DNA of 64,000 bases from Chiloscyllium plagiosum (GCF_004010195.1 NC_057754.1:10641239-10705238), one strand, 5' to 3'. Numbered from the stretch's first letter, positions 51,170 through 63,928 are shown. Translations and numbers: made by a program. The notes: generated from the sequence alone by a model not told the origin.

Positions 51170-52555
51170 AGCCATGTGATCTGTCTGCTGGCTCAGCAGG
51201 GTGGATGAGTGAACTAACTGCTTTTTAAACACAGAGCAGGTGAATGATTTCTCCCCAGTCTGAATTCGCCAAAGTTCTGAGAGTTGAGATGATCACCTGA
51301 ACCCAGTCCCACAGTGAAAGTACCTGAAAGGTCTCTCATCATGTGAACATGTTGATGGGACATCAGTTTCACAGAACTTCGATAGCGCTTCCTACACAGT
51401 AGGCATTTAAGAGGTCTCTACTCAATGTGAACACATTGATGATAAAACAGTCCCTAGGCGTTTGTGTTGTGATTCCCACAAGGAGCCATTTAAAGGGTGT
51501 CTCCTCAGTGTGAACACATTGATGACAAGTCAGTCCCAAGAGTGTGTGTAGTAATTCTCGCAGTCTGGGCATTTACACAGTGTGAACTTGCTAGTGTCTC
51601 AGCAGGTTGGATAACCGAATGAATCCCCTCCCACACTCAGAGCAGGTGAATGATCCCTTCCCAGTGTGAACCTGCTGGTGTTTGATGGGGTTAGAAGATT
51701 ACCAGTCCCACAGAGAGCGCACATGAACAATCTGTCCTTAGTGAACGTCTTGTCCTGGAGCTTTTGTAGCATTTGTCACAGACTGGGAATTTAAAAAGGT
51801 TGTCAGTGGGGAATCCAAGATGGCGGTGACCCAGGAAGACTGAGTCTATAGTGCTCCTCCCAAGACCTGGGCACAGTGGGTCACCTACCCCCTACCAAGC
51901 TCACCAAATCATTTATAAATCATTTATAATAGTTTAGTAACTGAATTAGTGGTTTAATATTACATTTAAGCTACATTTAAGCAACTTTATCCTAAGTTAA
52001 AATGACTAAAGGGAAGGGAGCCCGCAGCTCTCAGCAAGCAGGAACCCCTCCCCCACACTCTCCAGCTGCAGCAGAGGCGTCCACAGCCGCCCCGGGGGAC
52101 TTACCTACAGTAGCAAGNNNNNNNNNNNNNNNNNNNNNNNNNNNNNNNNNNNNNNNNNNNNNNNNNNNNNNNNNNNNAGTCTGGACTTTTAAAAATTCTG
52201 TGTGAATACATTGGTCGAACAGCCCCCTGAAATGTTTCCAACAGTTCCCACAGTCCAAGCATTGACATGGTCTCTCCTCAGTGTGAATGAGCTGGTGTTG
52301 CAGCAGGTTAGATGACTGAGTGAATCCCTTCCTACACATTGAGCTGGTGAATGGCCTGTTACTGGTGTGACTGTGTCCATGTATTTCCAGCTCAGAAGAG
52401 GAAATGAATTCCTCCCCACAATCCCCACATTTCCACAGCCTCTCCCCAAAGTGAGTGCGTTTGTGGTTTGTGAGTATGATGATGGCTGAAGCTTTGTTCA
52501 CACATGTAACACGTGTACAGTTTCTCTCCACTGTGAACAGGCTTTTCCCTTCCAT
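51170..52555 (-). pseudogene. C2H2 ZNF pseudogene, interrupted by an L1-like insertion and a gap
   Basis: MEGKSLFTVE...WKCGDCGEEF..QSSNLLQHQLIHTEERP. Frameshifted or degenerate fingers continue at 51170-51800. Confidence 0.8.
51808..52117 (+). mobile_element. L1/Tx1-like LINE 5' end (5'UTR and ORF1 start), rest hidden in the gap
   Basis: Starts ggggaatccaagatggcgg (YY1 motif) downstream of a TT/AAAA site. ORF MTKGKGARSSQ from 52002. No catalytic domain is visible. Confidence 0.55.
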
Positions 52556-53305
52556 GTTCAATTGTGATAAAGTTCTGTTTGTGATAAATTGGGCAACTCC
52601 ATCAAATCGAGGTGTGATGGCTAAATCTTCCCTTTCTGATATCCTGTGAAGTCAATGTCAACCAAAACAAAATAAATTGAGAGGGAATCAATCACATGAC
52701 TCTGGCTTCTCTGTGAGAATCGAGAGAGCGAAAGGCAGGGAATTAAAGGTAGCGATTTTAGACACTTACAACTTGATGAGAACTTTGCCAGAATCTTCCA
52801 AACACTTGGTCTCCACCGGCAAGAAGGAGCAGGTTAACAGGTAGATGTGAACACTATCACGTCCAAGTTTAGATAAGCAAGATAAAGAGCAGTGTTCCAT
52901 TGGCTGACAGTAAATTTATGCAGGACACTGATTTAAGATTTTGGGCCAGAGTTATTGGGAGATTTGAGAAAGGAATCTTATATTACTTTCATTTTACTCA
53001 ATACTTACATTCACAGGCCAATAGTATTCATTGCTGAATATATAATAACTCAAGTGACTCTGTAAGGTGTTGATGTGTTGTTTGATTTGAGTTTTCGAAC
53101 TGCAAATTCTTTTCAAATGTCTTGTCAAATAAGCTTACAAAAACTACTGCTGTCAGTCCAGGACAGAAATTAATTAAAAATAAGCAGTTCTCTTTTTTAA
53201 AACTGTATTTAGTTGCTTCCCTTCTCACCTCCTGCTCATAATCTCCATTCCTCTCAGTTCAAGAGAATGATTCACAACATTCTCTCTCCTGGCCTGAGAT
53301 TACTG

Positions 53306-53951
53306 ATTAGATTAGATTCCCTACAGTGTGGAAACAGGCCCTTTGGCCCAACTAGTCCACACCGAACCTCTGAAGAGTAACCCACCCAGACCCATCTCCC
53401 TCTGACTAATGAACCTAACACTATGGGCAATTTAGCATGGCCAATTCACCTGACCTGCACATCTTTGGACTGTGGGAGGAGACCAGAGCACCCGAAGGCC
53501 ACCCACGCAGACACAGGGAGAATGTGCAAACACCACACAGACAGTTGACCAACGCTGGCATCGAACATGGGACGGTGGTGCTGTGAGGCTGCAGTGCTAA
53601 CCACTGAGCCACTGTGCCACTGTGCTTAGATTCCCTACAGTATGAAAACAGGCCCTTCAGCCCAACAAGTCCATACCGACCCTCTGAAGGACAACCCACC
53701 CAGATCCATTCCCCTACCTGATATTTACCCCTAACTAATGCACCTAACGCTATGGGCAATTTAGCATGGCCAACCCACCTGACCTGCACATCTTTGGACT
53801 GTGGGACGATACCGGAGCACCCAAAGGAAACCCACGGAGGCACAGAGAGAATGTGCAAACTCCACACAGACAGTCACCTGAAGTGAGAATCAAACCCAGG
53901 TCCCTGGTGCTGTGAGGCAGCAGTGCTAACCACTGAGACACCATGCTGCCC
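53306..53951 (-). mobile_element. Two tandem HE1/V-SINEs
   Basis: Two complete SINE bodies, 53306-53625 and 53626-53951. Confidence 0.9.
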
Positions 53952-54287
53952 TCAAGTGCATCCTGTCTAGTATCCATTGCCCCTACAGAGGCAGCTGTGA
54001 ATTGCGGCTGGTCTTCAGGAGAAGCTTTGACTTGTCCCATTTTGTAAAAATTCGGGGTCTGCAGCATCCCACAAAATGTTTAAAAAGCCTCTACATTCAA
54101 CCGCTCAGTCCATCGCCTCACTGTGACTTTTTGTGGAGATGAAAGACAAAGCCTCAGGATTGCTCCCACTGTGCATGCTCCAGACTGTCGATATGGGCGA
54201 AGGTACTGAGCTTGCACAGTGAACATCACTGCAGGAGATAGGGGATATTCACAAGCGTTGGGAATGCTGGGTTTAGAGGCCACCATT

Positions 54288-55041
54288 TGAAACTTAGACA
54301 TAGAAACATAGAAGATTGCAGCATAGCCATCGGGTCCTTTGAGCTTCCACCACCATTCAGTATGATCATGCAATTTCAGTACCCCATTCCCGCTTTCTCT
54401 CCATACCCCTTGACCCCTTTCACCACAAGGGCCACACCCAGCTCCCTCTTGAATATAACGAACTGGCTCCAACAACTTCATTTGGGAAAGAATTGTCTGA
54501 GTGACAAAATACTTCCTCATCTCAGTCCTGAATGGCTTACCCCTTATTCTTACACTGTGATCCCAGTTCTGGAATTCCCCAACATCGGGAATGTTCTCCC
54601 TGCATCGAGTCTGTCTAGTCCAATCAGGATTTTATATGTTTTGATGAGAAACCCCCTCATTCTTCTAAATACCAGCAAGTACAAGCCCTTTCAATCAGGT
54701 TTTCCTTCACATGTCAGTCCTGCCATTCCAGAAATCAGTCTGGTGAACCTTTGCTGGACTTCTTCAATAGCAAGAATGTCCTTTCTCAGACTAGGGGTTC
54801 AAAACTGCATACAAATACTCACCACAACCCTGTATAACTGCAGCAAGGCATCCTGGCTGCTATACTCAAATCCTCTCACTTCAAAGGCCAGCATGCCATT
54901 AGGTTTTCTCACTGCCTGCTGCACCTGCGTGCAAACTTTCAGGTGTCATTGCAAATCACCCTTCCCTAAACTGCCACCATTCAGATAATAATCAGTCTTT
55001 CTGTTTTTGCAACCTAAGTGGATAGCCTCACACTTATCCAC
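54288..55041 (-). mobile_element. CR1 3' part, continuing at 61064-61770 across the LTR element
   Basis: acatagaa tail; junction ...cacttatccac|attacattc; SKFGDDTKL and PSQHGF in ORF 61084-61584. Confidence 0.8.
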
Positions 55042-58000
55042 TGTTGAGGAGCAGGCCAGACCCCCTCAAAATATTTCAAGAAGGTAGCTCCGACCCTATC
55101 TTTTTTAGTTGTTTCAAGCATATGTAAGATGGATATTCCAGGAGTGATACAGCTGGTCAAACCACTCAGTTTTAAGAATTCATTTACAGGCTACTAAATG
55201 AAACACATGCAAATGAAAATGGAATTAGCGTAACAATCATTTGAAAACATGACCCTCACGATATCCCCCGCAACTTAACAAAGAGCTGTTACATCTTCCT
55301 GCAATATCCCATAAACACACCCCTTAGCAAAAAGATAAATTCAAACACAGGTTCTTACAGGAGAGGGAGATGGCATAAAAGATCTGTCAGGGATCATTGG
55401 CTAAAACATGGAACCTCTTTTTGCCAAGCAGCTTCTCAGGGTCCCCAGCTGAAAAACTAAACCAAACTAGAAAAATCCCTGAACTGGGAGAACTGGCCAC
55501 TCCACTTTCATGATACAATTTTTTTTTAAAACCTAAAATCCCTTTTCCCTGATTGTTGCCTTAGGCAGGATCTGTTCGTCATAATCAAAGTCACCTAAAC
55601 CCAGACAAATTGGAACTCCTGCCTTTTGAAAAAAAACCCAAGGACAACATCACTTTATTAAAGGAGTAGCATCCCCCCTTAAAAAAATCAATATCCAAAG
55701 ATGGCTTTATTTTAAAATTCCCTTAATCTTACACTGTTAGTATCCAACAACACATATATATTGCATTGACTATAAACATGCAAACATGCACTGCTACATT
55801 CTATTTCAGTCCATTTACTCCTGCTACTGTACACCTCTGCTTCCTATCCAAGTCTCAACAATGCATCCACAATCACATTTTCTCATCTCTGCCACATGTA
55901 CAATTTTAAAATTGAATGGCTGAAATAACAAGCTCCATCTAAATTGTCTGGAATGTTTGCCCTTAAATTTTTCCAAAAACCCCAATGGATTATGATCAGT
56001 ATATATGACAGTCTCAGAAACACTACTGGCAACATTAAATGTTGAATAGTCGTAATGGCACTACCATGCTCAATATCTCCTCCTCAGTTGTCGAATGTTT
56101 CTTTTGATGCATCTTCAATTTCCTGGAGAACTACCCGATAGGTCCTTCTGTTTTGTCGTCGCCTTCCTATAAGTACTGCATGACACTCCCATTGATAGTT
56201 TGGCATAATTAGGTGTGTCTAATACTGAGGCGGTGGTCAACACATCTGTCAAATGCATTCCGACAGTCTACCGTCCATTGCAACAGCTTGGCTTTCTTTA
56301 GTAATTCAGTGAGTGGAGCAGGTATTCAGCTAAAATTCGGTATGAATTTCCAATAAGATCCACTCAATCCCAGGAATCGTAGTACTGTTGTTTTCGTTGT
56401 TGGTATGGGAAATTCCCTGCTAGCCTTTGTTTTTGTATTCTGTGGGGCCATTTGTCCATTTTCAAACACATTGCCCAGAATGGTGACTTGGGCTTTGGCA
56501 AATTGACCAGATTTATCATCAAACCTGTCTTCTGAAGTCACTTGAAAAATTGTTCTTTCTATGTGTGACTAAAAATCACGAGATCATCAATATAAATTAC
56601 ACCGTAGAGTAATTCGGAAATGACCTTATTGGTTATTCTTTGAAATGTACCTGGTGTATTTTTCGTACCAAATGGCACGAACATTTAATTGATACAGTCT
56701 ATTTGGTGTTACAAAGCCAAAACTGTCTTCACTCTTTCTGACAAAGGTACCTGCCAATATCCTCCGAACAAATCCCCAACTTAGAAATATAAGTTGCTTG
56801 TCCCACCTTTTCAATACAGTCTTCCAAACATGGAATCGGATATGAATCAGACTTTGTGACTGCATTGACATTGCAAGAGTCCACACACAACTGTTGGGTA
56901 CTAGCTGGATTTGGCACCATTTCGGTGGGTGCTCTCTAGTCACTGTAACTCACTTCGATTACGTCGTCTTGGACCATGTGTTCAATCTCCTTTTGAACCT
57001 GTGCCAACGTTTAGAGGGTTAAGCCTTTAAGAATGTTCATTAATCAAAACAGCATCTCCTATATCTACATCTTGCATAATTAGGTTAGTCCTTCTCACTT
57101 TATTATCACATGTCTCCCCATGTGATTGTAATGACTCTTTCAGGTCATTTCAATCTTCCTCTGGATGGTAACTGAATAATTTATCCCAATTTTTGACAAT
57201 TTCCTCATTGTCCAATTTAATTTGAGGAATGTCCAATTCAGAATTGTCTGACCTTGGTTCTTCACTCTGTGTTGTAACCAGTAATACAGTCTCCTTTTAT
57301 TATCCTTCCCTGTCAAAATACCTTTTGACCATATTCACATGACACACTCTTTCTGTCTGGAATCCTTATCCAATAGTTCAACTCAGTCAATCTCCTTCTG
57401 ACTTGTCAAGATCCACTAAACCTTGCTTTTTTAAGATTCACCTATCATTGGAAGTAACACTAACACTTTATCTTTAATAGTAAAATTGGGATTTTAATAG
57501 TAAAATTTAATTTCTTGACTGCTTCCTGTTTCATTGTACACTGTGATATTTTTCATAGCTGACTAGCCAACTCCCTCACTCTATTCAATTGTTCCCTAAA
57601 ATCTGGCACCTACTCCAAATATGTGGGCTCTGAATTTTGACTCCCTAATTTCTCCTTAATCAATTTTAGTGTTTGTCTCACTTAATGCCGCAAACACTAA
57701 TTCAAATGGGCAAATTTAGTTGATTAATTTGGTGCATCTCTGATGAGAAAAGGTACAAACACAACTTCTTTATCCCAATCATCTGAATGGTCTTAACCTA
57801 TGAGCCCTCAACATGGTCTTGAATGTCTGGTGCCACGTTTCTAATGTGTCCTGCAATTCTGGATGGTACGCAGTGGATTTGAATTGTTTTATTCATAAGC
57901 TGTCCATAACTTCTTTGAATAATTTTTGATGTAATATTTGACCCTTTATCTGATTGGATCTCTATGGGTAGTCTGTATCTAGTGAACAAAATTGGAGTAA

Positions 58001-61000
58001 CTCCTCTACAATCTGTTTAGCTGTGATATTGCATAATGGCTCCTTGAAATCTAGTATTGACACCATTTCCTATTGTGAAGTCATTTCCTGTTCTTTTTCT
58101 CAAGGGATGGTAACTGGGATCCATGTCAATGTATTTGTTGGAATACCATGCTTCTAGGAATTCTCATGCGTGTCTGTTTGGCTTGTACTAGGATGGATGT
58201 GACAATAGGAAATGACATTAAATGCAGGAAATGACATCACCAACCCAAGGAAATCCAAACACATACATAGAAAGAGGGCTACACCACCAGTGCTTCATTC
58301 GGAGGCTCGCTGAAGATGTTAGTATGGTGACGAAATGTCTGAAAGTGAATCTTCCAGCTCAGCAAGCAAACCTACATCCAGAACCTCAACCTGAGCTACA
58401 AATCTTCTCAAAACTTTCTAACTTTATTACTGCCTGTGGTTTTCTAAGTACCTGGCATACATGACATGTCTAGCAAACTTTGGCTACATCCTTGTGCAGT
58501 CCAGGCCATGAAAAAATGTTGTTGTATTTCAGCTTGGGTTTTTCTTACCCCTAAATAACCTCCTATTGGTAGTTCATACATCACACACACAACATCTCAT
58601 TCCTTTCACCCACGGGCAATATGACTTGATGAATCTCTGCCCATTTTAATTACTTGCATATGTGATGGTCTCCATTTTCTCATTAAGACATTATTTTTAA
58701 GATAATAACATTCAGGGATACATTCTGATTCTTTTTCTGTGTACGCCTTTTGAGAAAAGTGCTATAAATTTTCATCTTTCTGCTGTAACTCAGTAAATTT
58801 CTCTGAGCTATTTTGTCATCCATCTGCTCTTGTTTTGTCTCAACCATCTGATCAAACAGGGTCTCTGCTCATTCCACTTCAACTTTCCTATCTGTATTCT
58901 TTCATCTCTCCTGTTTCAACTGGTGACTTTGTGACCTCGTTACCACACAGTCAGGAAAAAAATCCAGGATTTGCTTCCTATAATAGCTCAGTTGCCTGAT
59001 TTTCCACTGACTTCTCAACCACAGGCACACTCCTACCTGGGAACCAGTTATATAATTAGCAAGGACAAATTGTATTCCAGGGGCTGAGCGTTTTTCTGGT
59101 ACTTATGCCACCACGTCTCCACTTTTCACTGGAGATTCTAACCTCTATCTATTAATTGAGCATGTCTTGTCTCACTGTGAATTCCACTTACTAACATTTT
59201 TTCTGGTGATAGACCTTCTGAGTTACATATACTCTCATCTTTCATCATCAAAGATTGAGAGGATTCTGTACCTCTTTATATTGTAACCTCTTTATCTGCT
59301 GTTACTGGCCTATGTGAGTAAACTTTACCTTTGAAGGTATCTGGTTTAAGAAGGTAGGGCTACTCCTCCTTAACTAACCTCCGACCAGATTATACACTCT
59401 GGTGCAGCTTTCTAGCCTCCACTGAGCTTTCCATTACCACTCCAGCAAAATTCACTGGCTTATCCAATGTTCCTACATATGCCTTCCCAGTGTTTTTTCT
59501 AACCCATCAACACTGATTTCGTTTGGCCTACCTTACTGCAGTGAAAACACTGGAGCTTTACAACAACTCTCTCCCTTTCAAGGGTTTCCTTTTTGTCCTG
59601 TGGTAGGTTATCCTTATGATCTTCACTGAGGTCTCCCTTCCCATACCACATAAAGATTTCTCTTTTGCTTAATTTCTTTCCCTCATGGATTGAAATTGGT
59701 GTTGGAAGCCAAACTTTGATTTATGGAGCAACTCAAAATCATCAGCCATTTCAGCTGTTAATCTTGATGTTTGAACTCTCTGATCTTCTATGTGAGTTCT
59801 CACAACCTCAGGAATTGAATTTTTGAATTCCTCTACCCTTTTAAGTTGACTTTTTTGTCTAAGTGCCAATTTCTGACTTTCAACCTCTCTCTTTTTCCAT
59901 TTCTTCTCTTTCTCATTCTCTTTTTGCTCTCTCTCTCTTTCCTCCTTTGCTTTTAATCGTAATTCAAACAGTTTCATTTCTTTTCCTGTTTCTTTTTCTT
60001 TTGTCTCTAATGCAAGCTGCTTCATTTCCAATTGAGGTTTACCCATCTCTGAAGATTCTGATGGCATTTCCTGCAAATTTAAACACTGAACTGTTGCTAT
60101 AATTGTCTTTCCTGTCCTCATGGAAGGAGGCAACTCCAACTCCAACTTGTCTGCCAATTTCAGCAGCTTTGCCTTGCACACCTTTTGTAAAACCCGCAAA
60201 GTCACCTCTTCCACCCCCAGAAAAGCCTTAGTGACTGAAAGAGCCATTACTACACCAAGCACTATTTCAACCAACCAAATTCAAGATCCAGAACAAAAGA
60301 TACTCACACCTACCACTCACTGCCCAAAGGCAGTCCAACTCAAAAGTCCAACTACCCTAATCCCAAATTGGAACTAATGAATAAATCCCACAAAGAACCC
60401 CCAATCTGTTATGGACCAGGCCAGACCCCCTCAAAACATTTCAAGAAGGTAGCCCAGACCCTACATTTTCTAATTGTTTTAGGCTGGTGTAAGGTGGATA
60501 TTCCTGGAGTGATGCAGCTGGTCAAACCACTCAGTTTTCAACAAAACAGAATTTATTTACAGGGACTGAATGAAACACAAGCAAATGAAAACAAAATTTA
60601 CAACAAAACTATTTGAAACCCCAACTGACATGATGTCCCCCACAACTTAACAAAGAGCTGTTTAGATTTCCTGCAACATTCCAAAACACACCCCTTTGCA
60701 AAAAGGTAAATTCAAACACAGGTTCTCACAGGAGCGTGAGAAATTGCAGATAGGATCAGCCAGGGATCATTGGTGGAAACATGGAACTTTTTTTTTCTAA
60801 GCAGCTTCTCGAGGTCCCCTGTTACAAATTAAAACAAGTGAGAAAAATTCTTAAATTGGGAGAATTGGCCACTCCACTTTCATTGTACAAGCGTTTTTAA
60901 AAAAACAAACCTAAAAGCCCTTTTCCCTGATTCTTGTCTTAGGCAGTATCTGTTAGTCATAATCAACATGGCCTAAGCCCAGACAAATCAGAACCTTTGC

Positions 61001-61059
61001 CTTTTACAGCCCCTTTGAAAACAAAAACAGAATAAAGCCTTGTTAGAGGAACAGTATCC
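55042..61059 (-). mobile_element. Gypsy-family Gmr1-like LTR retrotransposon, decayed, both LTRs present
   Basis: LTRs 55042-55671 and 60407 to about 61059; PBS-like 60385-60403; PPT 55672-55680; gag 59669-60274; CFHC knuckle about 59530; integrase IQSDKGSN 57798; RT SDSYPIPCLEDCI 56729; LRFLGLSG/RNase H 55850-56541; candidate TSD ccac. Confidence 0.9.
58064..58418 (+). mobile_element. Penelope-like pLTR fragment with inverted 5' part and hammerhead motif (58307-58342)
   Basis: CTGAAGA-t-gtt..gac-GAAA-tg-TC. 3' end ctgagctacaaatcttctcaaaact resembles 7918-7946. Confidence 0.75.
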
Positions 61060-61063
61060 CCAC

Positions 61064-61770
61064 ATTACATTCTATTGCATTTTTCAAATATTTTCCCACT
61101 CAGCCAGCATATCCATGTCACACTGCAGCCTCTTAATATCCTCCTCACTGCATACACTGCCAAGTAGCTTAGTGTCATCTCCAAATTTGGAGATATTGCA
61201 TTCAATTCCTTCATTGAAATCATTAATGCATATTGCGAACAGCTGGGGTCCCAGCACTAAACCCCGTGGCTCCCCACTCGTCACTATCTGCCATTCTGAA
61301 AAGGTCCCAATTAATCTGACTCTCTGCTTTCTGTCTGCCAACCAGTTCTCTATCCACGTCAATACGTTACCTCCAATAAAATGAGCTTTTATTCTCTTCG
61401 CTAATGTCTTACATGGAACTTTGGCCAAAGCTTCTTGAGAGTCCTGATACACAATATCTAGTGATACACCCTCGTCCACTCGACTGAACACATCCTCAAA
61501 CAAAAAATTCCGAAGATTTATCAAGCATGATTTTCCTTCAGTGAATCCATGCTGACTTGGACTGATTTTGTCACTGCTTTCCAAATGATGTCATTACATC
61601 TTTAATGATTGAGTCCAGCATTTTCCCCACCACTGATGTCAGGCTGACCAGCCTATAATTCCCTCTTTTCTCTTTAACTCCTTTTTATAAATAGTGGGAT
61701 TACATTAGTTACCCTCAAGCCCATTGGAACTCTTCTAGATACTACAGAATGCTTGAAACTGATCACCAAT
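61064..61770 (-). mobile_element. CR1 RT fragment, host of the LTR element
   Basis: ORF 61084-61584 RT motifs. Confidence 0.85.
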
Positions 61771-62206
61771 GCTTCTGAATTGATTTCTTGTCATCTGTAA
61801 AATTAATCTTTCATTTCATCTCCTTTCAAGAAAACTAATATCCAAGCGACATTGAATGTAGAATAAAAAGTCCCTTGCATTCCCCAGGCATGTTGTATAA
61901 CAACGTCTGACACTGAGCCACATGTTAGAGTTCAAGTCACCACAATCATACAGTTGCTGGCCCAGTGGCTGCTTTCTCATTATAGAGAGACTGTTTATGG
62001 AGTGACAGTTTAATTTGAGGGACATCAAATTTCAGATGAGCAGAGAGGTTGAGAAGGAGTGGTAACCTCAGAAGGTCAGGGACTTAAAATCACACTGTTG
62101 GCATAACCTGGAATAGTGGGAAATGGTACGGAGATGAGGTCAGTCCTTCAGAACTGTCCTACAAGGAGAACATGTGGATTTCATGCTCCAGCAAAGAGCA
62201 AAGAGG

Positions 62207-62533
62207 GGCTCAGTGGCTCAGTGCTTAGCACTGCTGCCTCACAGTACCAGCGATCTGGGTTCGATTCCAGCCTCAGGCGCCTGCCTGTGTGGAATTTGAA
62301 CATTCTCCCCATGTCTGTGTGTGTTTCCTCTGGGAGCTCTGGTTTCCTCCCACAATCCAAAGATGTACAGGTTAAGTGAATTGGCCAAGCTAAATTACCC
62401 ATAGTGTAGTTTATTAGTCAGGGGTAAGTATAGGGTAGGGGAAATGGGTCTGGGTGGGTTACTCTTTGAAGGGTTGGTGTGGACTTGTTGGGCTGAAGGG
62501 CCTGTGTCCACACTCTAGGGATTCTAATTCTAA
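62207..62533 (+). mobile_element. HE1/V-SINE
   Basis: gtggctcagtg.ttagcactgc...gggttcgattcc; ttctaattcta tail. Confidence 0.85.
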
Positions 62534-62824
62534 TATTCCCTGTCATTGGCTGAGGGAGCTGTTCGTGTTACACTGAAACCATCAAGACGTTGAGAGAAGC
62601 ACTTGAACCATCAGAGCACACAAGACTATGGGCCAAGTGCTGGAAACTAGGGTTAGAAGCAATGGTTGCTCATGACTGGCGTTGGATTGATGGGATGAAG
62701 GATCTGTCTCCATGCAGTTTAAAGTTCAGTGACTGTATCAATTTGTAAGAGAAATTTTTGTTTCTCTTGCAAATTGATACTGTCACTGTATCAATTAAGA
62801 AAAATTTTAAGCATCGTGAGGCAT

Positions 62825-62896
62825 TCCCTGGCGATCTAATGGTCAGGATTTGGTGCTGTCATTGCTGCTTCCTGAGTTTTATTCCTCGTCAGGAAA
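62825..62896 (+). pseudogene. tRNA-Glu pseudogene
   Basis: tccctggcgatctaatggtcaggatttggtgctgtcattgctgcttcctgagttttattcctcgtcaggaaa aligns end to end (72 nt) with the vertebrate tRNA-Glu(CTC) as recalled. Many CpG transitions; B box broken; anticodon position reads GTC. Confidence 0.75.
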
Positions 62897-63094
62897 TGAG
62901 GACTTATTGTTCCTGTACAAACTCATAAAATGAACATCGATTCCTGACTTTAAAAGTAACAAAGAAAGCAAGTCTGTCAGAATCAGTGAGAGATTCACAT
63001 CAGAGATGAAAGTAAATGGAAGAAAGTGCATCATGCTTGATTGCTCAGCTACTGTACAACAAACATAAAACCTGCTCCTTATTGAAGCATGAAG

Positions 63095-63435
63095 GCTTTT
63101 GGAGATTTGATAGGTTGGATCCGAAAAAGTTGGTTCCTGACCTGGGATGGTCCAGAATGACAGGATATAATCTCAGAATAAGGTTTGCATGTTTAAGGCA
63201 GAGATGAGGAGAAATTTATTCTCTCAGAGGGTTGTGAATCTGTGTAATTCTTCACAGTAGCGGGCTTTCGAGGCTGGGTCATTCAATATATTCAAGGCTG
63301 AGTTTGACAGATTTGTAATCAGTCAGGGTTTTGGGGAATGGCAAGACCATGCAGCTGAGTCTAAACAGATCAAACATGAACTCATTAAATGACAGGGCAG
63401 ACATGATGGGTTGAATGGTCTCTGTCTGCTCCTAA
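63095..63435 (+). mobile_element. Old CR1 3' end
   Basis: gagatgaggagaaattt.ttctctcagagggttgtgaatctgtg motif. Confidence 0.7.
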
Positions 63436-63856
63436 AATTTACAGTCCCAATACGAGGCTGCAAAACTGACCTTTGTAAAGTTTACATGTTAAAATGTGTG
63501 GATCCCCTGGGGGCAGGGAACCGTGGTGAGATATGGAAAGGATAACACACAAGAGAGAGTAATTATGGGTCAGTGATCTGGAGTGATCTGTTGAAATGGT
63601 GTCAGGGTAAACAGTGTAAACTGGTCTGCAGCATTCACACTGAGCTTAGCTCCACCAGGCCCACAGTCACCTCTCATAAACCACCATTGCCCTTCACTTT
63701 TCTAGACATCATCTCTATTCTTGTTTTAAGCTGATTGCCTGTCAGTTATTTGCAGCTGACATTCCTAATGTGGAACTGTAATGTGCACTAAAGTGATTCT
63801 AAATGGTCCACGACATAATTCTGATTCAAAAGATCAGTTAGTATTTTATATTTACA

Positions 63857-63928
63857 ATTCTAAATGTGAATCATTAACAGGCCATTGCAGTGAAAGCACT
63901 GAATCCTAATCACTGGTCCGACATGGAA
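63857..63928 (-). pseudogene. tRNA-Glu(TTC)-like pseudogene, more decayed
   Basis: Minus strand reads ttccatgtcggaccagtgattaggattcagtgctTTCactgcaatggcc. Confidence 0.55.

Noticed and set aside
52031..52561. 176-aa ZNF ORF as an intact gene
   Set aside because: Fingers are degenerate, and it reads through a gap into antisense LINE sequence.
54287..54988. 233-aa ORF
   Set aside because: Antisense frame of a CR1 3' end.
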